A stretch of DNA of 64,000 nucleotides, taken from IMG/VR virus record IMGVR_UViG_2934853166_000001; one strand, written 5' to 3'. The notes under the pieces were generated by a model. That model ran no database searches. It was not told the DNA's origin and saw only the letters and a program-made list of their open reading frames with translations. Position numbers and translations under genes: made by a program. Shown here one piece after another: positions 9,304 through 18,799 of this stretch (the first letter of the stretch is position 1; each line of letters begins with the position of its first letter). The stretch comes from an uncultured virus (IMG/VR IMGVR_UViG_2934853166_000001) (Duplodnaviria; Heunggongvirae; Uroviricota; Caudoviricetes).

Positions 9304-9579
9304 TTAGTGCCCCCTCAGTAGTGCCTCGGCGTATGTGAGTTCGTCGCCGGTTAGGTGCCGGGCGGCCACCACGAGGTAGTGGTCGTCGGCTTCTTCGATG
9401 AGGGTTACCGCGAGGATCTGCCCGTCGGGTGCTGCGGCGGTGATGCGCAGAACGCTGCCGACGTGTTGGCGGATCTTGGGATGGGCCTGCCGCAGGATGT
9501 AGGTGACGTGTTGCCATGCGACATGGTTGGTGGCGACGGCGGTGTAGCTGTCGTCGTCCCAGCGGTACTCCTCATCCAT
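9304..9579 (-). CDS. BrnT-like (RelE-fold) toxin
   Basis: EYRWDD...H..W..V...GQILAV......LVVAAR.LT..E; TATACT 6 nt before ATG. Confidence 0.65.
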   Translation of the reverse strand: MDEEYRWDDDSYTAVATNHVAWQHVTYILRQAHPKIRQHVGSVLRITAAAPDGQILAVTLIEEADDHYLVVAARHLTGDELTYAEALLRGH

Positions 9580-9609
9580 GAGCCGAGTATACGCTTGTAA
9601 ACAGGCTGG

Positions 9610-10071
9610 TCAGTGGGTGACCTTCATCCCGGACTCGGTCCGCACCGCCTGGTACGCGTCCTTGACGGCACCCCTCAACCGCACCACAAGCGGGTTGTCC
9701 GACGGCACCAACTTGCTCCGGTCGGCGTGCTCGTGCAGATAGAACTGCATGTCGTGCAGGGCATCCAGGTACTCGTCCCAGGCATACCGTGTCGGCGGCG
9801 TGGACAGCAACAGCACCCGACCGCTGACCGCCCCCAAGTCCGGTTGGCTGCCCTGCCGGGACTTGATCGGGTCGTAGTCGCTGCCGCCGACGGTCATGCG
9901 GTCTATCCACCGCTCGGTGCTGGCCAGCTCAATGAACACCTCGCTGTACAGGGCGAGGCGGGCGTCTTGGAGCATCGCGGCCCGCTGCTGCCAGCGTTGG
10001 ATTGTCACACCGAGGATGGTTCCGGCGAGGGTGCCGACGACACCGATCACTGCGGGCACGAGTTCGTTCAC
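9610..10071 (-). CDS. Hypothetical protein with N-terminal TM helix
   Basis: LVPAVIGVVGTLAGTILGV followed by a helical domain. Confidence 0.65.
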   Translation of the reverse strand: MNELVPAVIGVVGTLAGTILGVTIQRWQQRAAMLQDARLALYSEVFIELASTERWIDRMTVGGSDYDPIKSRQGSQPDLGAVSGRVLLLSTPPTRYAWDEYLDALHDMQFYLHEHADRSKLVPSDNPLVVRLRGAVKDAYQAVRTESGMKVTH

Positions 10072-10122
10072 CGGCACATCGTGGCAGCCGGCCGCCATGC
10101 AGGGGCAGGCTGCGAACGTGCG

Positions 10123-10166
10123 GCGGCCCTGGCTGATCCCGAACTACCCCCGGGAGCCAGGGCCGC
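10123..10166. terminator. Hairpin terminator
   Basis: GCGGCCCTGGCT...AGCCAGGGCCGC. Confidence 0.6.
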
Positions 10167-10385
10167 ACCCTACGCAGAGCCGCGCTCACCGTTCAGCCAC
10201 GCACGCACGGACCTCGTGGCCTGCCGATCGGACGCCCCAACCGCACCGAGCTTCGGCCGCTTACCGGACGGCGCAGACCCGGAAGGGTGTTCCCGGCAGT
10301 CCGCCGACCAGAGGCGGAACCACGCCGGGGCCTCTGGGTTGGGAGTCGGCCCCGGTTCGCATGTGTCGCGCTACCCGATCTGCCG
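10167..10385 (-). ncRNA. Candidate structured RNA (multi-stem junction)
   Basis: Three hairpins enclosed by a closing stem that needs G-U pairs on the minus strand; no convincing ORF. Confidence 0.35.
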
Positions 10386-10391
10386 TTGATG

Positions 10392-10811
10392 CTAGTCGGT
10401 GGGTGCGACAGGTTCCGTCGCCGGCAGGTGCAGGTCGGGTCGGTCGCAGCACGCGGCGAAGCCCCCGTGCACCCCGCACTCCACCTCCCCGGTGGTGGGG
10501 CAGAACCAGCGGTCGCAGGGGGTGGCGGCGTGGATGGCCTCACGGATGTCGTCGGCGCGGTCCACGATTCGCCGTGCCACCTCGTCGGGGGTTCCGGTGG
10601 CGAGTGCGCGGGCTTCGGGGGTGCCGAGGGATGACCGGTCGAGGAGGATCCGTATCGGGCCGCCGCCGTCGGTCGGGGTGATGGCGACTTCGGCGGTGCG
10701 ATCGGTGAGGCTGCCGGCGATGTGTGCTTCCCGGCCGAGCTGGTCGAGATGGGTTTGCAGGTCGTCGAGCCACGTCTCGTGTTCGTCGGTGGCGGTGGGT
10801 GGGGTGTTCAT
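10392..10811 (-). CDS. Hypothetical protein, Cys-rich C-terminus
   Basis: WFCPTTGEVECGVHGGFAACC. Confidence 0.6.
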   Translation of the reverse strand: MNTPPTATDEHETWLDDLQTHLDQLGREAHIAGSLTDRTAEVAITPTDGGGPIRILLDRSSLGTPEARALATGTPDEVARRIVDRADDIREAIHAATPCDRWFCPTTGEVECGVHGGFAACCDRPDLHLPATEPVAPTD

Positions 10812-10929
10812 GGGCGCTCCTCGACTGCTCGGCGGGCGGCCCGCTCAGATCGTCTGAGACGGTTCGGGTGGTGCTGGTGGTGCCGATCAGGCTGTTGGGG
10901 GCTGTGCGTCGATCTGAGCGGGCGGGGCG

Positions 10930-11133
10930 CTATTCCTCGTCCGCCTTCCGCTCCGGGTCGTCCGGGTGCCGTTCGGCGCGCAGCATGTACTTGGTGATGG
11001 TCTGCTGGTGTTCGATCAGCACCCGCAGCTTTTCGATGTCGGTGAGGTCGTGTTCCTCTTGCAGGGTGTTGAGGGCGTCGCGGATGGCGCGGGAGGCACG
11101 CTGGACGGGCAGGGTGCGGGCGTTGAGTCTCAC
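10930..11133 (-). CDS. Hypothetical protein
   Basis: GTGA overlap, RBS AGGAGG. Confidence 0.6.
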   Translation of the reverse strand: MRLNARTLPVQRASRAIRDALNTLQEEHDLTDIEKLRVLIEHQQTITKYMLRAERHPDDPERKADEE

Positions 11134-11393
11134 CGGCTGGCCTCCTGCACCTGGTTGAGGGCTGCCGCGACGGCTTGCGCTTCCTCCCACTCGATCGCCG
11201 GTTCCTTCCAACCCTGGGCTTCGTACAGCACCTGCTGGTCCTGAATGTCGTACACGTCGGCCGCGCCGAGCAGCGCCCGTACGACCATGATGCGGGGGTG
11301 CTCAGCCGGGTTGGCGGTGTCGGTGTGGATGCCGCCGGTCTCGTCAACGGTGATGGCGGTCCACACGCCGGACATCAGATCGGGGCCGGTCAT
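11130..11393 (-). CDS. Hypothetical protein
   Basis: Operon coupling. Confidence 0.55.
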   Translation of the reverse strand: MTGPDLMSGVWTAITVDETGGIHTDTANPAEHPRIMVVRALLGAADVYDIQDQQVLYEAQGWKEPAIEWEEAQAVAAALNQVQEASR

Positions 11394-11584
11394 CCGGGCG
11401 TCTCCTCACCAAGTTCGGCCAGTTGCGCCGCCAGGTAGCGGCCGACGGCCCGCTCCCACAACGGCTGCCGCAGATGCTCGGGCAGCAGTTCGGCGGCTTC
11501 CCCGTTGCTGATGCCAGGGTGGGCTGCGCGGATGGGACGCAGGTGCGTTTCGAGGTCTTCTTCGACGTGTCGGGGTAGGAGCAT
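11390..11584 (-). CDS. Hypothetical protein
   Basis: Operon coupling. Confidence 0.5.
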   Translation of the reverse strand: MLLPRHVEEDLETHLRPIRAAHPGISNGEAAELLPEHLRQPLWERAVGRYLAAQLAELGEETPG

Positions 11585-11600
11585 GGTCGTCTCCGAGAGG

Positions 11601-11927
11601 TCAGGCGTTGGAGTTCGCGTTGGACTGGGGGCGGCTGGCCTTCTTCCGCCCCTCTGCACGAGCGACCGCCCGGGGCAGGCTGTCGCTGAGGAACAGGTCC
11701 GCGCCGTCGACCAGGGCGGCTGTGTGGTAGATGCCCATGTCGCCTTCGTCCTGGTAGGCGATCACTGGGAGCCAGTCGTGGCTGCGGTCCTCGCTGGGCA
11801 TGCTGTTGCGGTTGTCGACCCAGCCGATGACCCGGCCGCAGTCGATGTGGTTGCTGCTGGTGAGGACGGCGGCGAACAGTGGGTAGGGCTGGGGGGTCAT
11901 GGCGGGCTGGCTGGTCTGGTCGGTCAT
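11601..11927 (-). CDS. Hypothetical protein
   Basis: RBS GGAGG. Confidence 0.55.
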   Translation of the reverse strand: MTDQTSQPAMTPQPYPLFAAVLTSSNHIDCGRVIGWVDNRNSMPSEDRSHDWLPVIAYQDEGDMGIYHTAALVDGADLFLSDSLPRAVARAEGRKKASRPQSNANSNA

Positions 11928-12028
11928 GGGTTCCTCCGGTCAGCCGATGAGTTGGATGGCGAGTATTCCGGCGAGGGCGGTGACCGCGCCGATGATGAAT
12001 CCGACGGCAAGGTGGTAGCGGCGGTCGG

Positions 12029-12268
12029 TCATCGTCGCCCCTGCGTGCCGTCCGGGCGGGTCAGCGACAACGTCTCCACCCCGTGCTCCACCCCACCACC
12101 ATCCCAGCGCACTGAAACCCGCCAGTACGGGTCGGCGACATGGCCGTACCGGTCGCAGCGGATGACAGTGCCGGTGATGTCGGGCCGACGCCAGGTGGTG
12201 ACGCGTTCGTTCAGTGCGGGCTCCCACTCCCGCAGCGGGGTCAGATTCTCGATGGCGTGGCCGGTCAT
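12029..12268 (-). CDS. Hypothetical protein (small beta-barrel-like)
   Basis: ATGA overlap. Confidence 0.5.
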   Translation of the reverse strand: MTGHAIENLTPLREWEPALNERVTTWRRPDITGTVIRCDRYGHVADPYWRVSVRWDGGGVEHGVETLSLTRPDGTQGRR

Positions 12269-12597
12269 CCGTTCAACTCCTTCCGTGCGGCGAATGACGC
12301 ATTCCACAAGGTTCGGGCGGTGACCGCCACCGCGTTGTCCAGCAGGGGCCGCGCATGGGCGGCACCACCCCGCACCCCGGCTGCCTCGGCTAGCCCGGCG
12401 AGCTGCACCACGATCGAGGATCGGGCAGTGAACGACTGGGTGAGACGCAGCATGTAGTGGATGCCGTGGCGTTCCTGCTGGGCTTGCAGAATGCGTGTGA
12501 TCTTCTCGGCGGTGTCGTGAATGTCGCCGTTGTAGCGGCCGGACAGGGCACGGCAGGCGGCGCTGTAGGCGTCCTGGTTGAAGCCGTCAACGGTCAC
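12265..12597 (-). CDS. Hypothetical protein
   Basis: GTGA overlap. Confidence 0.5.
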   Translation of the reverse strand: MTVDGFNQDAYSAACRALSGRYNGDIHDTAEKITRILQAQQERHGIHYMLRLTQSFTARSSIVVQLAGLAEAAGVRGGAAHARPLLDNAVAVTARTLWNASFAARKELNG

Positions 12598-12914
12598 TCC
12601 TGGTCCTCCGTTCGCTCGTTCTGGTAGTGGCCGTCCACCAGTGCCAAAAGCTGCTCGGCGAGGCGTCGGGCGTTGTCTGCGGTCAGGTGCATGGGTGCTT
12701 CCACCGTCGGTCCGGTCGGGTCGTTCAGGTTCGCGGGCGCGGTGGCGTTCACCCACAGGTGCGGGCCGTCTGCTGCTGACGACTCGTACACGCTGATGTG
12801 TCCGCCGTACTCGGAGGGGATCGGCGGCAGGCGGTCGAACCCCCGGTCAGTGGTGATGTGGGCCAGGTGCCAGTTGTCGGCGGCCTGGGCGGTGGTGTCG
12901 GTCATGGTGGTCAC
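12594..12914 (-). CDS. Hypothetical phage protein
   Basis: RBS GGAGG; GGHISVYESSAADGPHLWV. Confidence 0.6.
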   Translation of the reverse strand: MTTMTDTTAQAADNWHLAHITTDRGFDRLPPIPSEYGGHISVYESSAADGPHLWVNATAPANLNDPTGPTVEAPMHLTADNARRLAEQLLALVDGHYQNERTEDQE

Positions 12915-13018
12915 CTCCGGGTAGTCGGGTTGGGTGTCGTCTGAATGTCGGCTTGCGGACAGCGCATCAATCCGGGCGGAGGGTCGACGCCGCCGGCCGG
13001 GGGTCGGACACTGCCACG

Positions 13019-13417
13019 ATGCGCCTTGCCAGAACTCTCGCTGCCGTCGCCCTGCTCGCTGTCGTCCTGGCCGGATGCGGCAGCGACCAGCCCGCCACCT
13101 ACGACACCCCCCAAGACGTTGTGGCGGCCCTCGACAAGCAGGGTGTTCGCTGCGCCGGGTACACGCCCATCTCGGAGCCGCAGAACGCTGTCGGACGCGG
13201 CTCCTGCGACCTCGACGGCGAGCAGGTCATCGTGAGCGTGTACGCCACTGAGGCGGACGCTGAGGGCGAGCCGGAGCGGAAGCGGCAGCTTCTCGGCGGC
13301 ATGGAAGTACGCATGGTGGTGGGCGGCAACTGGACGTTGACGTGCACGGATGAGCAGATGTGCAAGCGGTTGGCGGATGCGATCGGCGGAGACGCAGTGC
13401 ACCTGCCCAAGCCGTGA
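13019..13417 (+). CDS. Lipoprotein
   Basis: Signal peptide with lipobox LAG-C; oriented opposite to the surrounding operon. Confidence 0.8.
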   Translation: MRLARTLAAVALLAVVLAGCGSDQPATYDTPQDVVAALDKQGVRCAGYTPISEPQNAVGRGSCDLDGEQVIVSVYATEADAEGEPERKRQLLGGMEVRMVVGGNWTLTCTDEQMCKRLADAIGGDAVHLPKP

Positions 13418-13428
13418 GGTGGGGGCGG

Positions 13429-13869
13429 TCATCGGGTCTGCCAGTCGTCGGCCCACGTCAGCAGCGGCTCCATGACAAGACTCAGGTCGCCGCGCTTCCG
13501 GGCGACCGGCCCGAACTCGTCGATCTGCTGCCAGCCGACCATGACGGTGCCGGCGGTGAAACGGTCGAGACGCGGCGAGTAGCTGTTGAGGCGGATGCAG
13601 TGGTCGTTGACTGCGGTGACCTGGCCGATGACGGCCCGCCGGTGGGTGAGACCCAACGCGAGAACGTCGCCGGGGCGTACGGGCATGTCTTCGTCCCGCC
13701 AGCGGGGTTGAGGTTTGCGGGGTGGGGTGCGTTTCGCGGGACGGTCCTCGGCGAACAGGCCGCCGTCGGGGTCGGGGCTGGCGGGTTGCGTGCGGCGCGG
13801 CCTCGGGGCGGGCGCGTTGGCGAACAGGCCGGTGTCGGGCAGGTCGCCGGTGGGCGCGGGGGTGAGCAT
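13429..13869 (-). CDS. Hypothetical protein
   Basis: ORF with globular C-terminal half; start uncertain. Confidence 0.5.
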   Translation of the reverse strand: MLTPAPTGDLPDTGLFANAPAPRPRRTQPASPDPDGGLFAEDRPAKRTPPRKPQPRWRDEDMPVRPGDVLALGLTHRRAVIGQVTAVNDHCIRLNSYSPRLDRFTAGTVMVGWQQIDEFGPVARKRGDLSLVMEPLLTWADDWQTR

Positions 13870-13995
13870 GTCGCGGTCGCCGCTGCGGTCGTTCAAGGCG
13901 TACCTCCTGGTCAGGTGCTCGCAGGCTTTGGTTACGGCCTGCCCGGGTCGGATCAGGGACAGTTTCCGGGGCGGCTCGTACGTACGGTGCCGTGC

Positions 13996-14463
13996 ATGAC
14001 GACTGATCCTCGGCCAACGCCCGACCCTGCGAAGCCGCAATACCGGTACCGGCTGGAAGGCGACGAAGCGCGGAGGGTGGCCGAAGCCCTGATCAAGTGG
14101 GAAACCGAGCACCCCGGGCAGCCGGTCAACCCGACGCAGATCATGCGTGACGTGTTGGGACGGGAGCCGGAGCTGGTTGACCAGGCGGAGCAGGATCGGC
14201 GGCGGACCGCAGTGCCGCCGCCGCAGACGCTCGGCCCGTTCACCTTGTCGTGGCTGCCGGCGGCGAAGCTGTACTCGCTGGGGTTCACCACCATCGACGG
14301 GCGGACGTTGGTGGCGGTGCTGTCGCAGGACGAGATGAAGAAGTTGTCTCCCATGTTCGACCATGTCACCGAGCATCTGATGCGTGACGAGTCGCCGAGG
14401 ATCGACGTGCGGGCTGCCTGTGTGGATCTGATCGGCCGTGACCCGTTTGAGGATGTCGAGTAG
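13996..14463 (+). CDS. Hypothetical protein (leaderless candidate)
   Basis: TACGGT 7 nt before ATG. Confidence 0.6.
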   Translation: MTTDPRPTPDPAKPQYRYRLEGDEARRVAEALIKWETEHPGQPVNPTQIMRDVLGREPELVDQAEQDRRRTAVPPPQTLGPFTLSWLPAAKLYSLGFTTIDGRTLVAVLSQDEMKKLSPMFDHVTEHLMRDESPRIDVRAACVDLIGRDPFEDVE

Positions 14464-14506
14464 TCGCTGCTGGTTGGTATGGCTTCCCGGTTCATAGCTT
14501 CTCGTC

Positions 14507-15757
14507 TCAGCGGTCTTGGTTGGCGTGGCTGTTGATCATTCGGCGCGGGTGTTGGGGGTGCGTGACCGGCACGTCGGGCCTAAGCGGCGTCGTCATCCAG
14601 CCACGCATGTTGCGTTCCTCGGCGGATTCACGATCGCTGCTGCGACGTTGTCGGTCGCGTTCCTCCACCGGAACGTAGCCGCTTGCCCGTCGGCAGTCGG
14701 GGCAGCGCATCCACCCGGTGTGCGGCATCGGCAGGTTGCCGCCTTCCCAGCCGTGGTCGCAGCAGGGCTGGCCGGCGAGTTGGGCGACGAAGGCGCGGCG
14801 CTGGTCGCTGGTCATGGGGGTGCAGGCGGGGCAGTCGGCGGAGTAGGGGTGATCCCACTGGTCGTGGGCGGTGGTCTTGCCGGTGCCGCCGCAGTGGCCG
14901 CACCCGCTGTGCCCGTTGGTGGCGAGCCAGGCGCGAGCGTCGGCGATGATCTTCACGATGTCCCGGTTGCGTTGGACGTGCCGCCAGAACGCGGGGGTGC
15001 GGACCCGGCACTGCTCAACGATGACGGGGATGAGCTGGTGGGCTTCGTCGGTGTCGACGCCTTCCTCGGCGAGCACCTGGTAGTCGGGGGTGTTGGGTTT
15101 CGGGTCTTCTGACGTAGTCGGCTCGTCTCTCTCTCGGTTGTTGGCGTCCTCGCGCGCGGCAGTGACAGACGTACGAGCAGAGAGAGAAGTGGTGTTCTTT
15201 TGATCTTCTTCCTTGATGTTCTTGGTCTTCTTAGTCCTGCGTTTTGCAGTGTGGTCGCCACCTGCTGAAACTCGGTCTTCTTCCTGGTCGCTCCCAGACT
15301 GCGATTTTGCACTGTGGCTCTGAGCTGCGGAAACGTCGTGTTTTCCCTGGTCGCGCCCAGGGTGCACTTTCGCAGTGTGGTCGCTACCTGCGCTGTCGCC
15401 GCGTTTGCCCTGCTCAGAGCCAGACTGCGTTTTCGTCCCCTGGTCTTGACCTGCGAAAACGTCCGGGTAGTCGATGACCTGCCAGTCATAGCCGCCCAAC
15501 GTGCCGTCCTCGTTCCGCCTGCGCCACCTCTTGAGGTAGCCCGACGTCTCCAACTCCTTGATCCCGCTGCGGACGGCCCGTTCGTCGTCCTTCATCTCAG
15601 CCACGATCTGCTCAAACGTCAGCTCGTACGTGGGGGAGTGGGAGGTGATGTTGGTGAGGATGCCTTTGGCCTTCGCCGAGATGCGCGGGTCGCGGGCCCA
15701 GGTGCGGGCGGACTTGCTGTAGTCCCGCGTCGGCTCCTGTGGGCGGAAGATGGCCAT
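14507..15757 (-). CDS. Putative replication initiator (wHTH, lambda O-like architecture) with C-terminal Zn-binding motifs
   Basis: DPRISAKAKGIL...AVRSGIKELETSGYL.R; central repeat-rich linker; CGHCGG, CPAC, CPDC. Confidence 0.7.
   Translation of the reverse strand: MAIFRPQEPTRDYSKSARTWARDPRISAKAKGILTNITSHSPTYELTFEQIVAEMKDDERAVRSGIKELETSGYLKRWRRRNEDGTLGGYDWQVIDYPDVFAGQDQGTKTQSGSEQGKRGDSAGSDHTAKVHPGRDQGKHDVSAAQSHSAKSQSGSDQEEDRVSAGGDHTAKRRTKKTKNIKEEDQKNTTSLSARTSVTAAREDANNRERDEPTTSEDPKPNTPDYQVLAEEGVDTDEAHQLIPVIVEQCRVRTPAFWRHVQRNRDIVKIIADARAWLATNGHSGCGHCGGTGKTTAHDQWDHPYSADCPACTPMTSDQRRAFVAQLAGQPCCDHGWEGGNLPMPHTGWMRCPDCRRASGYVPVEERDRQRRSSDRESAEERNMRGWMTTPLRPDVPVTHPQHPRRMINSHANQDR
15242..15463. 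repeat. 63-bp degenerate tandem repeat (~3.5 copies), iteron candidate
   Basis: Units begin at 15242, 15305, 15368, 15431 (TTT(T/C)GCAGTGTGGTC...CCTGC..AAAC). Confidence 0.8.
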
Positions 15758-15946
15758 CAGTGAGCGCCTGCTGCCGCTGGGCTGTTCACGGGCAGACCGC
15801 AGGCCCGTACGTCTGTACGGGTGGGCATGCCAAGTACATTCGGCATCGGGCTCGGGTACCTCCGAGTCAAGGGCCGGGGTCAACAGGAGCGCCAACTCCT
15901 GCCCGGCCCGCCTTCGTTTGCGGGGCCAGGTGACCGGCGGCCGGGG

Positions 15947-16156
15947 CTAGGACGCGGGAGCGTCGGGGTTTGCCTGCTCGGTGTCGAGCGTCTTCTTGAG
16001 TGCGTCGACAGCGGCGCGGCTGTATCGCCGGTGCTTGCTGCCGGGTAGCCGGCGGGTGGGGGCCAGGACGCCTGCCTTCTCCCACCGTCGGACGGTGGCT
16101 GGCGACACGTTGAACTCTGCCGCTACTTCGCTGGGCGTCAGTTCGTCGGCTCCCAC
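15947..16156 (-). CDS. BldC/MerR-like HTH (excisionase-like)
   Basis: LTPSEVAAEFNVSPATVRRWEKAG.L...R.PG..HRRY. Confidence 0.85.
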   Translation of the reverse strand: MGADELTPSEVAAEFNVSPATVRRWEKAGVLAPTRRLPGSKHRRYSRAAVDALKKTLDTEQANPDAPAS

Positions 16157-16382
16157 GGTTCCCCCTGTCGGCGTTGTCAAGTCGCCCAAGGTTACCGAGG
16201 TGTGCGTGGGGTGGGGTCTGCTCGGCGGTGGCCGGTGCAGTAGGTCCGTCGTCATGTTCTCATTCTGATCTCACTTCCCTATCTTGTCAAACTTGTCAGC
16301 GTGTGGGAGAGTGGTCTCAGCAAGGCAAGCCGCTCCCGAGGTGTTGGCGCACCGAAGGAGCCCGATCGGGAGGTACCCCGAG

Positions 16383-17303
16383 ATGACCAGTGCTGTCATC
16401 AGCACGTCCGGCGAGCAGTCCGCTCGCACCTACGGCCACTACCAGGTGGTCCTGTCCCTGCCCGTCGACGGCGGTTTCGCCATCGCCGTCCACGCCGCCA
16501 CCAGCCCCCACCAGTACACGGAGCTGTCGTTCACCACCAGCGACGTGGACACCGCGAACCTGGTTCACCGGGTCATCAAGGCCGGTGCCGAGCAGGGTGT
16601 CAGCCCGGAGGGCATCCGCGCCGCTGTTGCGGACGCGCTGACCGCCGAGCTGCACCGGGTGCAGGCCCGCCACGACCTGCCGTCCCGCAACCGGGTCGAG
16701 CACATCAACGCCCTGTTGGACCGGATCGAATCGCCGGCCGACACCGCCCGGGTCGCCGAGATCGTTGACCACATGCGCCGCAACCTCGCGGACACGGTTC
16801 CCGCCGGCCGGCAGCCGCAGGTCACCCGCTCCCGCAGCGGCGTCGAGCGGAAGCCGCTCACCAAGCCGCAGCGCCGGATCGTCGCCGGGCACATTAACGG
16901 CGTCGTCTACGCCGGTGACGGTGTGCGCTGGACGTCGCTGCTGTCGATCGCCCGGAAGGGCTACGCGGCCGAGGTGCACTACGTGCCTGGCACCAAGCGG
17001 GTCGCGTCGATCGTGCTGCGCGGCTACGGCCGCACCGCCGCCACCGGCGGGCTGGCCGAGCAGCCGGCAACGGCCGTCGAGCTGGCCTCCGTGACCGGCC
17101 CGACGGAGATCGCCGTGCACCGGGACAGCGGCGCGTACGTCGCCACCACGGGCGCGCTCAACCGCTACCGGGCCGACGTCGACTGGCTGCCTGTGGGGGC
17201 GGTGTGGGAGGACGACGACACCCACATGGTCGGGACGGTCGACGGGGAGCCGGTGTCGGTCCCGAAGACGATGACCCTGGTCGTGCGGAAGGCGGCGGCC
17301 TGA
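16383..17303 (+). CDS. Hypothetical phage protein
   Basis: RBS GGAGG, strong GC3 bias. Confidence 0.7.
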   Translation: MTSAVISTSGEQSARTYGHYQVVLSLPVDGGFAIAVHAATSPHQYTELSFTTSDVDTANLVHRVIKAGAEQGVSPEGIRAAVADALTAELHRVQARHDLPSRNRVEHINALLDRIESPADTARVAEIVDHMRRNLADTVPAGRQPQVTRSRSGVERKPLTKPQRRIVAGHINGVVYAGDGVRWTSLLSIARKGYAAEVHYVPGTKRVASIVLRGYGRTAATGGLAEQPATAVELASVTGPTEIAVHRDSGAYVATTGALNRYRADVDWLPVGAVWEDDDTHMVGTVDGEPVSVPKTMTLVVRKAAA

Positions 17304-17632
17304 TGACCTTCCCGACGGCTTCGACTGCCCTGTTCGTTCCCGACGAGCCCGACTGGTGCAACGGTTCCTGCCGGCACCCCGACCCCGGCGTCATCGACCA
17401 CTACTCCCGGGTGTGGGAGGGCACCGACCTGCACGACGGGGACGACTGGCGCATCCAGGTCACCCAGCGGGTCCAGCAGGGCCCGAACGGCGAGGTGATC
17501 GAAGGCCGCGCCGTCATCGACGTGACCGGCGTCGAGGGCACCTACGGGTCGACGGCAGCCCTCGCGCGATCCCTGATGATCGCCCAGATGTTGGCGGACC
17601 GTATCAACGCTTCCCGGCGTCGGGAGGCGTGA
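17303..17632 (+). CDS. Hypothetical protein
   Basis: TGATG coupling. Confidence 0.6.
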   Translation: MTFPTASTALFVPDEPDWCNGSCRHPDPGVIDHYSRVWEGTDLHDGDDWRIQVTQRVQQGPNGEVIEGRAVIDVTGVEGTYGSTAALARSLMIAQMLADRINASRRREA

Positions 17633-17811
17633 TGGCCAGCCGCGACGACGACAACCTGCTGCCCTACGACTGGGCCAGCAAGAAGCCGACCGAGGACACG
17701 GACGACGCCATCGAGGCGTACCTGCGCCGCAGCAACCCGGACGCCTACAAGTCGAAGCACACGTTCGAGATCCGCGACGGCAAGATCCAGGCGACGGAGG
17801 TGAAGCGGTGA
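17632..17811 (+). CDS. Hypothetical small protein
   Basis: TGATG coupling, RBS GGAGG. Confidence 0.55.
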   Translation: MASRDDDNLLPYDWASKKPTEDTDDAIEAYLRRSNPDAYKSKHTFEIRDGKIQATEVKR

Positions 17812-18109
17812 ACCCGCGCTCGCGCCGCAACATGGCCCGCACCGTCGGGCAGGCCGCCGACGTGAACGCTGTCCCGCCGGTGCTGCTCGACCGGGCCGGC
17901 TACCCGGCCAGCACGCCGGTCAACAGCCCCTACCAGCCGCAGCGGCCTACCACCCGGTCGGGCGTCCGGTGAACGGCAAGGTCGTCCAGCTTGATGAGCA
18001 CCGCCGCCGCACCGAGCGTGGCCGCGACGAGCAGGTGCTGATCGAAGCCGACCGGATCCGCGACGGCCTGACCAGCCAGAACGAGAAGCGCCGCAACTCC
18101 AAGTAGACC

Positions 18110-18140
18110 CGCCGGCCCCGTCGAGGGGGCGGGGCCGGCG
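18110..18140 (+). terminator. Hairpin terminator
   Basis: CGCCGGCCCCG...CGGGGCCGGCG followed by a pyrimidine tract. Confidence 0.55.
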
Positions 18141-18435
18141 CACCCTTCCGCACCCTTTTCATCCCGCTTTAGGAGCATGCCATGACCGCGTCCGTCACCA
18201 TCGGCTACACGTCCCGCGAGACCCGCACCGTCCGCACCGTCAGCACCAGCGACGGGGAGCAGCGCACCATCCGGGTCCGCCCCGGCCGCTCCAACTCCCG
18301 GCGGGACGCCATCCGCGCCTCCCTCGGCTACGGCCGCTGACCTGCCGGCGAGCCTGTCGGGCTGGGCCGCCCACCATCCCAGCCCGGCGGGGTCACCGCA
18401 GGCGACCACCCGGACCGCCAACCCACGGAGGAACT

Positions 18436-18636
18436 ATGCGCACCTTCTTCGTCGCCTACCACTACTTCAAGAACGAGCCGTACGGCACGCGCACCGGAGT
18501 CGGCAACAGCCTCAAGCAGTTCGACTTCCACCCGCTCACCGACCCGGCCCGCGCCGGCAGGGAGATCGCCGCAGCGACGGGCCACGACACCGTGATCGTC
18601 ATCAACGTTCAGGACTACCCGGGGAACGAGTTCTGA
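18436..18636 (+). CDS. Hypothetical protein
   Basis: RBS GGAGG. Confidence 0.6.
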   Translation: MRTFFVAYHYFKNEPYGTRTGVGNSLKQFDFHPLTDPARAGREIAAATGHDTVIVINVQDYPGNEF

Positions 18637-18799
18637 TGCCCACGTGCGGCCGTTGCCACGTCATGCCCGCCGCCCCCGGGTCGGCGTGGTGCGAGGACTG
18701 CGCCGACAACGACAACCCCGGCGACTACGTGGCCGGCGTGCACATCAGCCAGATCGACCCCACCGAACGCCCCTGGCAGCCCACCCCGAAGGAGCAGCA

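Noticed and set aside
10260..10380. tRNA/tmRNA
   Set aside because: Cloverleaf-like but too long, with no T-loop GTTCRA in position and no 7-nt anticodon loop or CCA end.
15242..15463. CRISPR-like periodicity (63 bp)
   Set aside because: The whole unit is degenerate-repeated within a coding frame; there are no unique spacers.
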